Of a DNA stretch of 64,000 nt, positions 13,388-25,969 are shown piece by piece. Origin of the DNA: Negaprion brevirostris (lineage: Eukaryota); contig JARDVH010000193.1 of the NCBI GenBank assembly GCA_030324005.1, forward strand, positions 60,948,199 to 61,012,198. The letters are read 5' to 3'. Position 1 is the first letter of the stretch. Each line of letters starts with the position of its first letter. The notes under the pieces are model-generated. The model was not told the DNA's origin, ran no database searches, and was given only the letters and a program-made list of their open reading frames with translations. Position numbers and translations under genes: made by a program.

Positions 13388-14314
13388 CTCTGTTTGTGTT
13401 TGACGGAGAGGGGGAAATTAAGACAGAACATGTTTGGGATTTAACAAAAACATGTGGAGATGGAGGAAAAAGGTTAATGTCTAAATCAGTTCTTTGCTGT
13501 AATTTGCCAGATCAGAGGATGAGGTGCTGCTGTTCCAGCAGCATTGAAGTGATCTTCAATCGAGCATTGCAGCAGGCCGAGGAGGGTAAGTGTGGCCATT
13601 AGACCAAGGTGCTGAGTTGAAATGATAAGCAAAAGGAAGGTAGTGTCAATCATGGACGAACGTGTTCCATGTCGTTCGTAAAATCGGTAAAACGTATGCG
13701 TTTATCCTGCTCAATGTTGAGGACATGGCATTGGGAACAGAGACTATAATAAACCAAAGTGAAGGAGATGCAAATGAAACGCTAATTAAGCGGAAAAGAA
13801 TGTTGGGCCTTGAATCGTGAGGATGGATGAGGGAAAAGGGCGGGTGCCACTTATTGTGCGATTGCACTCTAGGATGAGCACGGAAATATTGAACCAAATG
13901 AAACCAGAAAAACACCCATGGAGTTGACTTTTAGGTCTCCTCTGAAATGGTCAAGCACCTCACATCCAATCAATACCAGGGCAATAAATGCTAGCCCAGC
14001 CACATGTGAGTAAGAGTTTAACATAAAGTATGGTATTAACATCACCGCCTCCGTCCACCCGCCCCGAAATGTTCGTTCTATTAGAGTTAAATTAATCGCC
14101 TCAATATAAGTTTCAATGGAATTATAATCGTTGAATCCCTCAAAATTATCATTGGCAAGGCATGTGGCCGTTGAACAGAACATGAGATGGAGTCGCAAAA
14201 TAAGTTCCGCGAGTACCAGTGCAACCAAAAGAATAACTTTTATAACCAGAAGTACAACCAAAAGAGTAACCAAAAGTGGAACTGATCATTTCAGATCAGC
14301 CAGGAAGGGTTGAA

Positions 14315-14380
14315 CTGCGGAGCAGGCTCGAAGGGCTAGGTGGCCTACCCCTGCTCCTATTCCTTATGTTCTTATGTTCT
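14315..14380 (+). mobile_element. CR1 3' tail fragment
   Basis: gcggagcaggctcgaagggctaggtggcctacccctgctcctattccttatgttcttatgttc. Confidence 0.75.
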
Positions 14381-15274
14381 ATAACAGTTTGAGGCGAGTA
14401 AATTTTGGCTCCACAAAATATCTAGCTAATCTATATGGCACAACTCCGGTGTGTGATGGAATGTTCCCCACTTTCCTGGACGAGAATTTCCTAACACTTG
14501 CAAAGATCAACCAGCATCGACAGTTCCAGAAGTGTACTCCACTTTCTAGACGCACAGAGGCAAATCAGCAAGCTTCCTTGGGTAACACCTTAAATTTCGA
14601 GAGCTCTACCGCCCATGTGGAGAATAGTAAATTATTGGAGTACGCAAGTATTCGCCCACGCCATACAAATAAATACGGCGAGCGATATAGTATCCTGATT
14701 TCAATCTTCCAGTCCAGTCGTAGTCGCCGTATTAAAATCCTGCAACTTATTTCTTAACAGCAGTTTTGCCGAAATACACGAGGCATACGAAATGTTGAAT
14801 AAACCTTTATCTTAGCCCTAACAATTCGGCATGAACAAATCATATTGAACTTGCTAGCGAACCAGTACAGATTAAATGCTAATAGCGAGGCATGCATTCT
14901 CACAATATTGTGGAACTATTTAAAATGTTAAGATTGTTGAATTGTGTTTAAGTCTTTGTCACATTATAAACAAAGAACAATGAACAACGCAGCACGGGAA
15001 GCAGGCCCTTCAGCCCAATGAGCCCGCGCCGCCATTTTAACAATTTAACATCGTATCATGAGGAAAGCTGCAGGCGTCAGGTATTATACATCTCATTACT
15101 ATTAGAACCTATACCGGGCATTTTGAATTAGCAAACTATTTGAAGATATTCACGATGTTATATGTCGGTATTTCGTGATATCTCTTAAAAGTAAAAGTAC
15201 CCAACAACTGCCGATTCTTCTTCATAGAAACAGGCCACAAGCTATTGAAAAGGATACGTTGCTGTCACATTACA

Positions 15275-18260
15275 TAGAAACTAAGAGCAGGAGTAGACCG
15301 CAGGGCCCATTACGCCTGCTCCATCAGTAAATGTGATCATCGCAGATCTCTACTATATCAACGCCATCTTTATGTACCTTGGCATAGTCCTTGATGGCTT
15401 TAAAATCGAATTGATTCCATCTCTTTCTTGAATACATTCAGTGAATTAACCTTTAAAGTCGTCTTTGATACATAATTTCATGAATAACCAAACTTTAGGA
15501 AAAATACATTTTTTCTCATCTCTGTCCTAAATGGTTTGCTCCATATTCTGAGACCCCAAACAAGGAAAACAGCTTCCTTCACCGAGATTGTCCATCGCTG
15601 TTGGAATTGCATAGCTTTCAATGAGATCTCTTCTCACCTTTCTCAACTCTAATGTATTCAGGCCTGGTTACATCAATCTTTCCTCATAAGAGAGTTTATG
15701 ACTAGGGGGAATTCATGTCCCCTTACCAGCCTAATAAAACTCGCTGCATACGTCCTATGGCTAGTGTGTTCTTTCTTAGATATGGAGATTGAATCTCAAT
15801 ACAGTACTCCAGACGTTGGCTCACCAAGGCCCTTTATAAATATTGGAAAACATTTCTACTTCGGAACTCAAATCCTCTTACAAGGGAAGGCCAAGATACC
15901 TAATTACTTGCTGCACATGGTTCTCCACTTTCACGGTTTGGCACACTTATGTCTCCTTGTACTCCAGTCCTTCCAATATATCAACAATTTAGCATTTTTA
16001 AAAAATTTTCTCACAGAGGTATATCAACTCACAATCAATCACGTGGTACATCGTCCGCCATGAGATTACACATTACTCTACTTGAGTAATTAATGAGTCA
16101 TGGTGGAATCGTGAATTGAAACTTGGAATCAGTTGATACCTGTTCATTAATCCTTGTGTCTGTACCACTAATCAAGGCTGTCATGGGGGAAAAAATATTT
16201 TTCAAAGTTTTTTTTTCTGTCTACCGGCCGATTCAGAATCCATGGCAAGACGTTGCATTCTTATCCCATGTGCTAATTGTGCACATTAGCTTCTTAAGAT
16301 TGACCTTACCAAAAACATTCAAGAAGTCATTTACACCGCACCAATGATTCTCCCTTATCTACTCTACTTGTTATATCTTGTTATGGAATCATTTGTTATG
16401 TAGTATAGCATCTTCCACACTGTTGATGCCTGGCCATCTGATCTTTTCAACTTTTTTTTACTTTCCCTTCTTTTGTAAAGTAGCGGGGTTACGTTTGCAA
16501 CCTCCAATCTGTAGGAACTGTTCCACTCTATAGGATTTTGCAAGGTGACCATCTATGCTTCCAATATTTCGAGACTCAGATCCTGTAATAGTTTAGGAGG
16601 AGATTATCATGTCCTCCTCATTTGTTAGTCATTTGCACTGTTAATTTCTGCAGCACCATGTTCTTACTAATACAAATTTCCTTCAATTCCACCTCTGACT
16701 AGACTGTTGGTTGCCTGCCCGTTCTCAGAGTTTATTAGTGCCCTCCTTTATGAAGACAGGTCGACATTATGTGTTCATTTTTTTTCTGCCATTGTAATTG
16801 TCTTGTTTTCCGGCTGTAAGGAAATTCCATTTGTGTTTTGAAATACTTTATCTTAAAATATTTATGGCACTTTTAAGAACAGTCGGCATGTTCCCTGCAA
16901 TTTTACTCTCTTGCTAAACATTGCTTTTCTAGACCAAGTAGTTTGTCTTATTTTGCTGAATTCTAAATTACCCCCAATAATGAGGGTTTCTGTTCTTCCA
17001 ACAATTTTACATATCTCCTCTTTGGAGTTAATACTATGGTTAATATGTAATTTGACCCGCCTTTCTTCTTCATTTTTTGAACCAGAGAGTTCCCACAGCC
17101 TTCCCTAGCCAATTCGTACCTGGTGGCCTCGTACTTCCCTTCATGTAGATTCAGGACACCAGTTTCGGACTCGACGAATTCACACAATTGCTTAATGATA
17201 AATTATATCATTGCGTGGTTTCTGTTCCTCAAGATCTTTAACTAATACTTTCTCATTGCACAGTGCCCATTCCGGAAGATCCTGCTGTCTGGTTGTTCCG
17301 TCAATATATTTGAGTAAAACCATTATACCCAAATTCCAGGAACTTCTCCTCCACCATACCATTGCTAGTTTGGGGTGTCTCATATACGTGCAAATTAATG
17401 TCGCCTCGGATTACTATTGCACATTTGTTCCACACATCACTGGGATTAAAAACATTACCTTACAGCTCTACTAATGTTTTGGGACCGACTGACAACGAGT
17501 AGAAAGGTGTTCTGTGTTTTGCAGATTCTGATCTCCAACTGTACATATTCCACACTTTGATTTTCTGAGTCAAATTCCTTCCTCAAGATTACATTCATTC
17601 CATAAGGCCACAAGACCTAGGCGCAGAATGAGGCCACTCGGCCCATCAAGTCTGCTCCGCCAGTCAATCATGGCTGATATTTTTCTCATCCCCATTCTCA
17701 TTCTCTCCTTTACTATCCATGCTACCCCACATCCTCTCCCTTTTTGTCTATCCTTTCTAAATAACGAACAGCCCTGAATGTTCAGTTTCTAAATTTCTGA
17801 AACTGTCGCCACATTTCTGCTCTTGCGGCTTACCATGACAACTTAAATCTAGATGCGCTGTCAATTCATTTCCATTTGGTGTAAATCTGTTGTGCACTGA
17901 GGAACAAAGCCTCAGCCTTGACTTCTAAACATTGATAGTTGTCTTGAATTTATTTTGCACTACAACCCCATTTTCTATACCCTTGTTTTAATTCCGCCTT
18001 ACACTTTTTCTTACTATATTTTTGCGTTTTGAAACGATCCTTGTTGATCCTTCCTCTGCTTCCCAGCTTAGGTTCCCATCTCCTCGCCATTCTAATTTGA
18101 ATAATGTCCGACAGCACCAGGAGAATCCCCCATCCCCTTGTCCCCCTTTGGCANNNNNNNNNNGAACTTCGCATAGCGTCCGAGGGATCTGAAACCCTCC
18201 CTCCTGTACCAATTCCCCACTTACGAATTCATCTGGTATTTGCCTTTCTGGCTAGCGCTT
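15275..18260 (-). mobile_element. Decayed CR1 LINE, copy 1
   Basis: Reverse tail (catagaaactaagagcaggagtag) and minus-strand LEVANVTPLLYK (CR1 WKVANVTPLFKK), with endonuclease-region remnants. Confidence 0.75.
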
Positions 18261-18543
18261 CGTATTGATAATAATGAAGAGTTTATTGTGTTACTACTGC
18301 TTAAACAGTTTAATGTGTGGGTTGAGAATTAGCAATATATTCAACAGTGAATTAATTGAATCACAGGGCATTACAAACGTCACAGCCAAAATGAGTTCCT
18401 TTGAGGATCGGACACGGTAAACTCAAAAGCTAACTGCGCCAACNNNNNNNNNNNNNNNNNNNNNNNNNNNNNNNNNNNNNNNNNNNNNNNNNNNNNNNNN
18501 NNNNNNNNNNNNNNNNNNNNNNNNNNNNNNNNNNNNNNNNNNN

Positions 18544-21500
18544 TTACGCCTGCTCCATCAGTAAATGTGATCATCGCAGATCTCTACTATATCAACGCCA
18601 TCTTTATGTACCTTGGCATACTCCTTGATGGCTTTAAAATCGAATTGATTCCATCTCTTTCTTGAATACATTCAGTGAATTGACCTTTACAGCGGTCTTT
18701 GATACACAATTTCATGAATAACCAAACTTTGAGAAAAATACATTTTTTTCTCATCTCTGTTCTAAATGATTGGCTCCGTATTCTGAGAGTGTGTTTCCTG
18801 GTTAGGGAGACCCCAAACAGGGAAAATAGCCTTCTTTCACCGAGATTGTCCATCCCTTTTGGAATTGCATAGCTTTCAATGAGACCTTTTCTCACCTTTC
18901 TCAACACTAATGCATTCAGGCCTGGTTACATCAATCTCTCCTTATAAGAGAGTTTATGATTAAAGGGATTTCAAGTCCCCTTACTAACCGAACAACACTC
19001 GCTGCATACGCCCTATGGCTAGTGTGTTCTTTCTTAGATATGGAAAGTAAATCTAAATGCAATACTTCAGACGTTGGCTCACCAAGGCCGTTTATAAATA
19101 TTGGAAAACATTTCTACTTCTGAACTCAAATCCTCTTACAAGGGAAGGCCAAGATACCAAATCACTTCCTAATAACTTGCTGCACATGGTTCTCCACTTT
19201 CACGGTTTGGCACACTTAAGTCTCCTTGTACTCCAGTCCTTCCAATGTCTCAACAATTTCGCTTTTTTATTTATTTTCTCACAGAGGTATATCAACTCAC
19301 AATCAGCCACGTTGTGCGGCATCCGCCATGAGTTTACACATTACTCTACTTGAGTAATTAACCTTGAAGACCCTTTATGTCCTCTTTTCAATTCAGATTT
19401 CCACCAAGTTATGAGTCATGGTGGAATCGTGAATTGAAACTTGGAATCAGTTGATACCTGTTCATTAATCCTTGTGTCTGCACCACTAATCAAGGCCTGT
19501 TATAGGTGAAAAAAAATCAAAGTTTTTTTTTGTCTATCGACCGATTCAGAATCCATGGCAAGACATTGCATCCTTTTCCCATGTGCTAATTGCGCACATT
19601 AGCTTCTTAAGATTGACCTTACCAAAAACGTTTCAGAAGTTAATTATACCGCACCAATGATTCTCCCTTATCTATTCTACTTGTTATATCTTGTTATGGA
19701 ATCATTTGTTACATAGTCTAGCATCTTCCCCACTACTGATGCCTGGCCATCTGATCTTTTCAACTTTTTTCTTTCTTTACTTCCCCTTCTTTTGTAAAGT
19801 AGCGGGGTTATGTTTGCAACCTCCAATCTATTCCACTCTATAGGATTTTGCCAGGTGACCATCCATGCTTCCAATATTTCGAGAGCCAGATCCTGTAATA
19901 GTTAAGGGGGAGATTATCATGTCCTCCTGGTTTGTTAGTCATTTGCACTGTTAAGTTCTGCAACACCATGTTCTTACTAATACAAATTCCCTTCAATTCC
20001 ACCTCTGACTAGACTGTTGGTTGCCTACCCGTTCTCAGAGTTTATCAGTGCCCTCCAGTATGAAGACAGGTCGACATTATACGTTCATTTTTTCTCTGCC
20101 ATTGTAATTGTCTTGTTTTCTGGCTGTAAGATTTATGGCACTTTTAAGAACAGTTGGCATGTTCCCTGCAATTTTACTCTCTTACTAAACATTGCTTTTG
20201 TAGACCAAATAGTTTGTCTTATTTTGTTGAATTCTAAATTACCCCCAATAATGAGGGTTTCTGTTCTTCCAACAAGCTTACATATCTCCTCTTTGGAGTT
20301 AATATTATGGTTAACATATAATTTGAGTCGCCTTTCCTCTTCATTTTTGAACCAGAGAGGCTCCACAGCCTTCCCTAGCCAATTCGTACCTGGTGGCCTC
20401 GTGTTTCCCTTCATTTAGATTCAGGACAGCAGTTTCGGCCTCGACGAATTCACACACTTGCTTAATGATAACTTACACCGTTGCATGGTTTCTCTTCCCT
20501 AAGAACTTTAACGAATAATTTCTCATTGCACAGTGCCCATTCCGGAATATGCTGCTGTCTGGTTGTTCCCTAAACATATTTGAGTAAAACTATTCTACCC
20601 AAATTCCAGGAACTTCTCCTCCACCACACCATTGCTAGTTTGGGGTGTAAATTAATGTCGCCTCGGATTGCTGTTGCACATGTGTTTCACATATCACTGG
20701 GTTGAAAGACATTACCATACAGCTCTACTAATGTTTTGGGACAGACTGACAATGACTAGAAAGGTGTTTTGTGTTTTGCAGAATCTGATCTCGAACTATA
20801 CATATTCCAGACTTTGATTTTCTGAGTCAAATTCCTCCCTCAAGATTACATTCATTCCATAAGGCCATAAGACCTCGTGGCAGAATGAGGCCACTCGGCC
20901 CATCGAGTCTGCTCCGCCAGTCAATCATGGTTGATATTTTTCTCATCCCCATTCTCATTCTCTCATTTACTATCCATGCTACCTCACATACTCTCCCTTT
21001 TTTGCCTGTCCTTTCTAAATAACGAACAGCCCTGAATGTTCAGTTTCTAAATTTCTGAACCTGTCGCCACATTTCTGCTCTTGCGGCTGACCATGACAAT
21101 TTAAATCAAGATGCGCTGTCAATTTCTTTCCATTTGGTGTAAATGTGTTGTGCACTGAGAAACAAAGCCTCAGCCTTGACTTTTAAACTTTGATAGTTGT
21201 CCTGAATTTATTTTGCACTACAACCCCATTTTCTATACCCTTGTTTTAATTCCGCTTTACACATTTTCTTACTATATTTTTGCATTTTGAAAATATCCTT
21301 GTTGATCCTACTTCTGCTTGCCAGCTTAGGTTCCCATCTCCCCGCCACTCTAGTTTGAATACTGCCCTACAGCACGAGGAGAATCCCCCATCCCCTTGTC
21401 ACTGGTGGACATTTACAGTCCGTCGAATTGGACTGGTGGAAACTTCCGCAGAACTTCGCATAGCGTCCGACGGATCTGAAACCCTCCCTCTTGTACCAAT

Positions 21501-21550
21501 TCCTCAGTTACGAATTCATCTGGTATTTGCCTTTCTGGCTAGCACGTCGT
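18544..21550 (-). mobile_element. Decayed CR1 LINE, copy 2 (duplicate of 15310-18443 extends to 21730)
   Basis: Colinear diverged copy of the previous feature with several indels; SFRTEMRKK and LEVANITPLLYK motifs. Confidence 0.75.
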
Positions 21551-23203
21551 ATTGATAATAATGAAGAGTTTATTGTGTTACTACTACTTAAACGGTTTAA
21601 TGTGTGAGTTGAGAATTAGCAATATATTTAACAGTGAATTAATTGAAACACAGGGCATTACAAACGTCGCAGCCAAAATGAGTTCCTTTGAGGATCGGAC
21701 ACGGTAAACTCAAAAGCTATCTGCGTCAACAGGAAATTATTAACTCAGTTATGAATGTGCTGCATACTAGTCGGCTGAAGGAAATAAAACTTTATGTTCC
21801 AAGAAGCCCTGGTCAGAGTCCCCCAAAGCTTTATCGATTTCTGGATGGTTGTTGCGGACTGCAGGTTTCTTAATCCTGCACTCTTCAATTGTGAACGAAA
21901 TGATGAACTGAGTAACCGCGTGACAATAGACGAAGGTTTGGAAAGATGTATGATCCATTGGAAGAACATCTACTCATGAATATGATGCTTAACATGGATC
22001 TGTGAACAGCAAATCACGTCTGAAGGTCTGCTTCAGTTTTGCTGAGGGGTCATGTCGACGCTTTTGGCTGACACTCATCAGACATTCTCCAGAATACCTA
22101 ATGCAAAGCGAATAGAAATTCGTGCTTCACGGGAGGAGAGGACTGAATGGTTGCAAACAGAAAGTGACAGGTAGCTGCTTTGTCAATTGTTAACTAATGA
22201 CAGACAGATAAACGCCAAGTCTCGCTGCAGTGAAATATGGCAAGTTGATTTTGATTTGTCAATATGTTGCCCAAGTTACATTGCCCAAGTTAATAACTAT
22301 CCTGCTCAGCTAAAACAGTGGCAACGTAGCAATGTATGTTAATGTTCCTTCTGTCTGCAAAGAACAGGGATATGCTTATCAATGTATGCACCTTCCTGGA
22401 CTTTTTTTTACACCAGGTAAGCTCTATTGATGATAATGAATTGAATGTGCACCCCAATTTTAGTGCAATCAGGATTGTTAGGAAAACGTTTTCCGATCAC
22501 CAATCAAATCTGATGTTTGTCATTATGATTTAAGTTTTGCAGGAAAGGACATTTTGTACACTGTCAGTGTCTTGCGTAATGCGAAGCGTGACATTTTATG
22601 TTGTTCGATATGACTCACAAATCTTTGAGGCGTACGGCCTACATGTCCAAATTACTGGGACACTGATATTCAGCAATAATGTGATTCATTGGTTTGATAG
22701 GCCAAATGTATCTTTCGCTTGGCGCTTTCTTATTTGTGAACATCAATTGCATTGCTACTGCAAAGGGGAAAGATGAAACAAGTACCTTTAAGTGTTTTTT
22801 TTTTTGCGAACCCTTCTCTTCTCGGTAAACTCGCCACTTATTCTGAGATCGAAAATTAGTGCCTGAAGTCTATGCACGCATTTGCTAGTGATAGGACTGC
22901 GGCGACCTAATGAAGGTAGGCCTTATTTTGCAGGATGGTTTTATGCCCCTCATTTCAGAAAAAGACTTGCCGTCGTTTGTATGTTTTTTCCTGTTGTGTG
23001 CATAGCCGCTCAGAATGTTCTTTCTCGCAATGATGGACGCCATAACAGACGCCATAGCAAAATTGAAGCTTAGGTGACTATTAGGGAAGAAATACCATGA
23101 AGCTGTATTTGGCAATGAAACGACATCATACCGTTGACGATTTTTATGCTTCCGATGAAAATTTAAACGAGTTAAACCACTGCCTCCCCGCCACACAGCT
23201 CCC

Positions 23204-23231
23204 CATGCGCGCGCGTGCACACACACACGCA
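23204..23231. repeat. Alternating purine-pyrimidine tract upstream of gene A
   Basis: catgcgcgcgcgtgcacacacacacgca, about 490 bp 5' of the ATG. Confidence 0.7.
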
Positions 23232-23716
23232 GTATTACCAACAGAACCAACTCCGCGGACATACACATTTCCTCCAGGGTTTGGCGTTGGCAAAACATTG
23301 GTTTGGATATTCTGCGGGTATATACTTACTTCGTTAATATTTATTTGATACATCCAATTAAGTTGCCATTATTCCTTAGAACATGCACCGCACTTTGAAC
23401 TATTATGCTCAATTGAACAACGATGCGGAATAGCTGTCATCGTTATAGCTCGTTGTATTAAATAACATTTGAGTCCGAAACATAGTTGAATGAGTTGGAG
23501 AGCTTTGACCGAAATGAAACATACTTCATTTCGACTGGGACTTGGGAAAACGCAGCCAGACCGTTGTGACGCTAAGCGTGTCTCTCTTGATAATTCCAAT
23601 TCTGCTCTTCGATATTACATGTCATTTCCTCTGGTTCACGTCAGAGTAAATGATTATATCTCTCTGCGAATCACCGTGCTGTTTGGCAGAGAAGACGTGG
23701 CTGCCTGTTCTCAAAT

Positions 23717-23771
23717 ATGTCTGGGCTCAATGTTGGTATTTTAATGCGGACCATAGCCATCTTTTGCACAG
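23717..23771 (+). CDS. Gene A exon 1: signal peptide of a VJ-C1 IgSF (SIRP-like) protein
   Basis: MSGLNVGILMRTIAIFCT-G|gt, phase 1. A 109-nt intron leads in frame to the V exon. Same ACAG|GTT ending as the gene B leader. Confidence 0.75.
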
Positions 23772-23880
23772 GTTGTTTTATTTCTTCCTGTCTTGTTTAA
23801 TGCCCATGTCTATTTGTTATCTTGTGAACCGTACTGCTACTATATGTCTTTCATACAATCATTATTCTGTTTTATAATAG

Positions 23881-24201
23881 CTGGCATTCGCGCTAATTTC
23901 CAAGTCTCTCAAGCTCCTGAAAACACGAACGCTGTCTTGGGCACAAACGTCACCCTCTATTGCACGTTCCCTATTTTTCAAAATGTATTAAATGTGGAAG
24001 TTTACTGGTGGAAACTGGGTGAAATCGGATTTCTGCACAGAAGTCCAGATAACAGGAAGATATTTCTCCGCTTTAAGCAAGGGGGTGCTTCATTTCAGCT
24101 CCTCAATCTCAGTGTCCGCGATGCTGGTGTGTATTACTGCGGTGTCAAAACCTTGGAAAACAGGACTGCAAATGGAACCGGCTCAACGATCAAAGTATCT
24201 G
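23881..24201 (+). CDS. Gene A exon 2: V-set Ig domain with germline J-like strand
   Basis: ag|CT..G|gtag, 321 nt. VSQAP..GTNVTLYC..WWK..DAGVYYC..NGTGSTIKVS. Confidence 0.95.
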
Positions 24202-25276
24202 GTAGGTGACATTCTGGCACGAGGAAAAGGAAAGCTCATAGATAATGTGGTGTTGCCAAAATTTCTTAAATTCAAATTGTTTATATATTGGAACAGACAT
24301 ATCCATATCTATGTATTGTTTGTTTTCAGGCATCAGTAACGTGGTTCAGTTAATCGAACGTCGTTGTGCCAAGATATATCCAGTCGATGTTCTAGGTGTA
24401 CAGTAGAAAATTGCCATACCTATTTGACATGATTTATTGGTTCTTACATCAGCACACCTAGATTTCATTTGAAGTGCCTCGGAAACTGATCGAACAATGC
24501 CCCTACTTTGGAGTTAACATGAATGAGTTGCACTATCCGGATAAAAGCCATATCACGATTTCTTATAAGTGCATTGTTCCCTCAATAAATATTTGAACCG
24601 TCTAACAAAGGTGTAAACCAAACGCGAGCCAAACATTTGGTAATGAGCTTGTAAGATTAATCGCTACTGAGGAGTCTGCACAAAATTATTTTTTTCAACT
24701 CTATGGAAATCTTTAAGTTAGGAATGCTTAGAGTGGATTTTCACAGTCCTTCTATGTTATGAAATAATACCTTGCCTAAAATCAATTATGCAAGGAACTC
24801 AATTAACTATAACCAACATTTGAAGAGAGCCTAAATTCATTCAACTATAACCTATGGCCCGGAATAGATATTATTTACACTATAGTTATGTTCCCATAGT
24901 ACTATATATTATGAATCAACAATCTTTGATCATTGCCTATTTCAATTTGCTCAACAAGACCCTTTTTGAAAAGTCTTACCGAAAAAGAGAGAAACATGCA
25001 ACAGACAATGGAGACATTGGATCAATTATCCTTGCACTGCATCTTTGTAAAGTGCATTTATTAGTCCTAATTCCCTGCAGTTTCCCAATAACCCTCAAAT
25101 CTATGTTCAAACACTAACAAATATGTTGCTAAATGATTTCCATGCAAGGAATACAAAATTTGTTGCAGTTACTTAACGCTCATGGAGATCATATCGGATA
25201 AAGAAAATGTAAGTTGTGCAATCAAGAGAAAACTAACCCGCATTATTATGCTTTGTTTTATTTCTACTCTTTGCAG

Positions 25277-25585
25277 TTCCACCAACCCCGTTGAAGATTT
25301 TTCCCAAAGTACGTGAAGTAGACTCTTCTTTCCTTGATCTTCTATGCAAAACCAGTGAGTTTTACCCAAATGTGCTCAATCTCAGTTGGTATGAAGATGG
25401 AGTTGAGATCAGGAACAGCACAGTGACAACGAAGTCATTGAACATAAATGGACTTTATGAAGTTTCAAGTACATTAAAGAGGACGCAACCTGTCAGAAGC
25501 ACAACTGTTTACACCTGTGAGGTTTCTCACGTCACACTCCCTGTCCCAGCTAAAGTGGAATTTACTCTTCTGAATCCCAAGCAAG
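25277..25585 (+). CDS. Gene A exon 3: C1-set Ig domain
   Basis: ttgcag|TT..G|gtaag, 309 nt. VPPTPLKI..LLCKTSEFYPNVLNLSWYEDG..GLYEVSS..YTCEVSHVTL. Confidence 0.95.
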
Positions 25586-25969
25586 GTAAGGACCGACATA
25601 CTTAACAACTCAATGAACTGGAGATACACTACTGTGCATTCACATTGTAACTTAACATTGGTGGGGCACGCACTAGCTTAAAATACGTTTCAAATATGTA
25701 GCGTAGATTTGGAATCGTTTCATAAATCCAACGTAAGTGAATGCAAATTCCACCAATTCGGCAACGTTTTGTTGTTACTCGTTGATTCGCCAAGGAGCTT
25801 AAATGCGTTACTCTAAACACGTTTATAAAATTATGCGTTATAATTGAGTGTTTCAGAAATTGCAGCTGCAGTCTAAAGGCAGAAATTGTACGTAACTTAA
25901 TAAAATAGGTGTTTCCGAGAAAAAAGAGGATCTGGTGAATTATCTGGGATTCTCAATCGTTTAATGGCA

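Noticed and set aside
13869-14313. ORFs with a hydrophobic or Thr-rich repeat (VTLLVVLLVIKVILL)
   Set aside because: They derive from a short degenerate aaccaaaag/aaccagaag tandem repeat; no exon structure.
14374-14757. 127-aa ORF
   Set aside because: It starts inside a CR1 tail and shows no recognisable domain or splice context.
25419-25425. CACAGTG heptamer in gene A's C1 exon
   Set aside because: No nonamer at 12 or 23 nt spacing, and it lies inside coding sequence.
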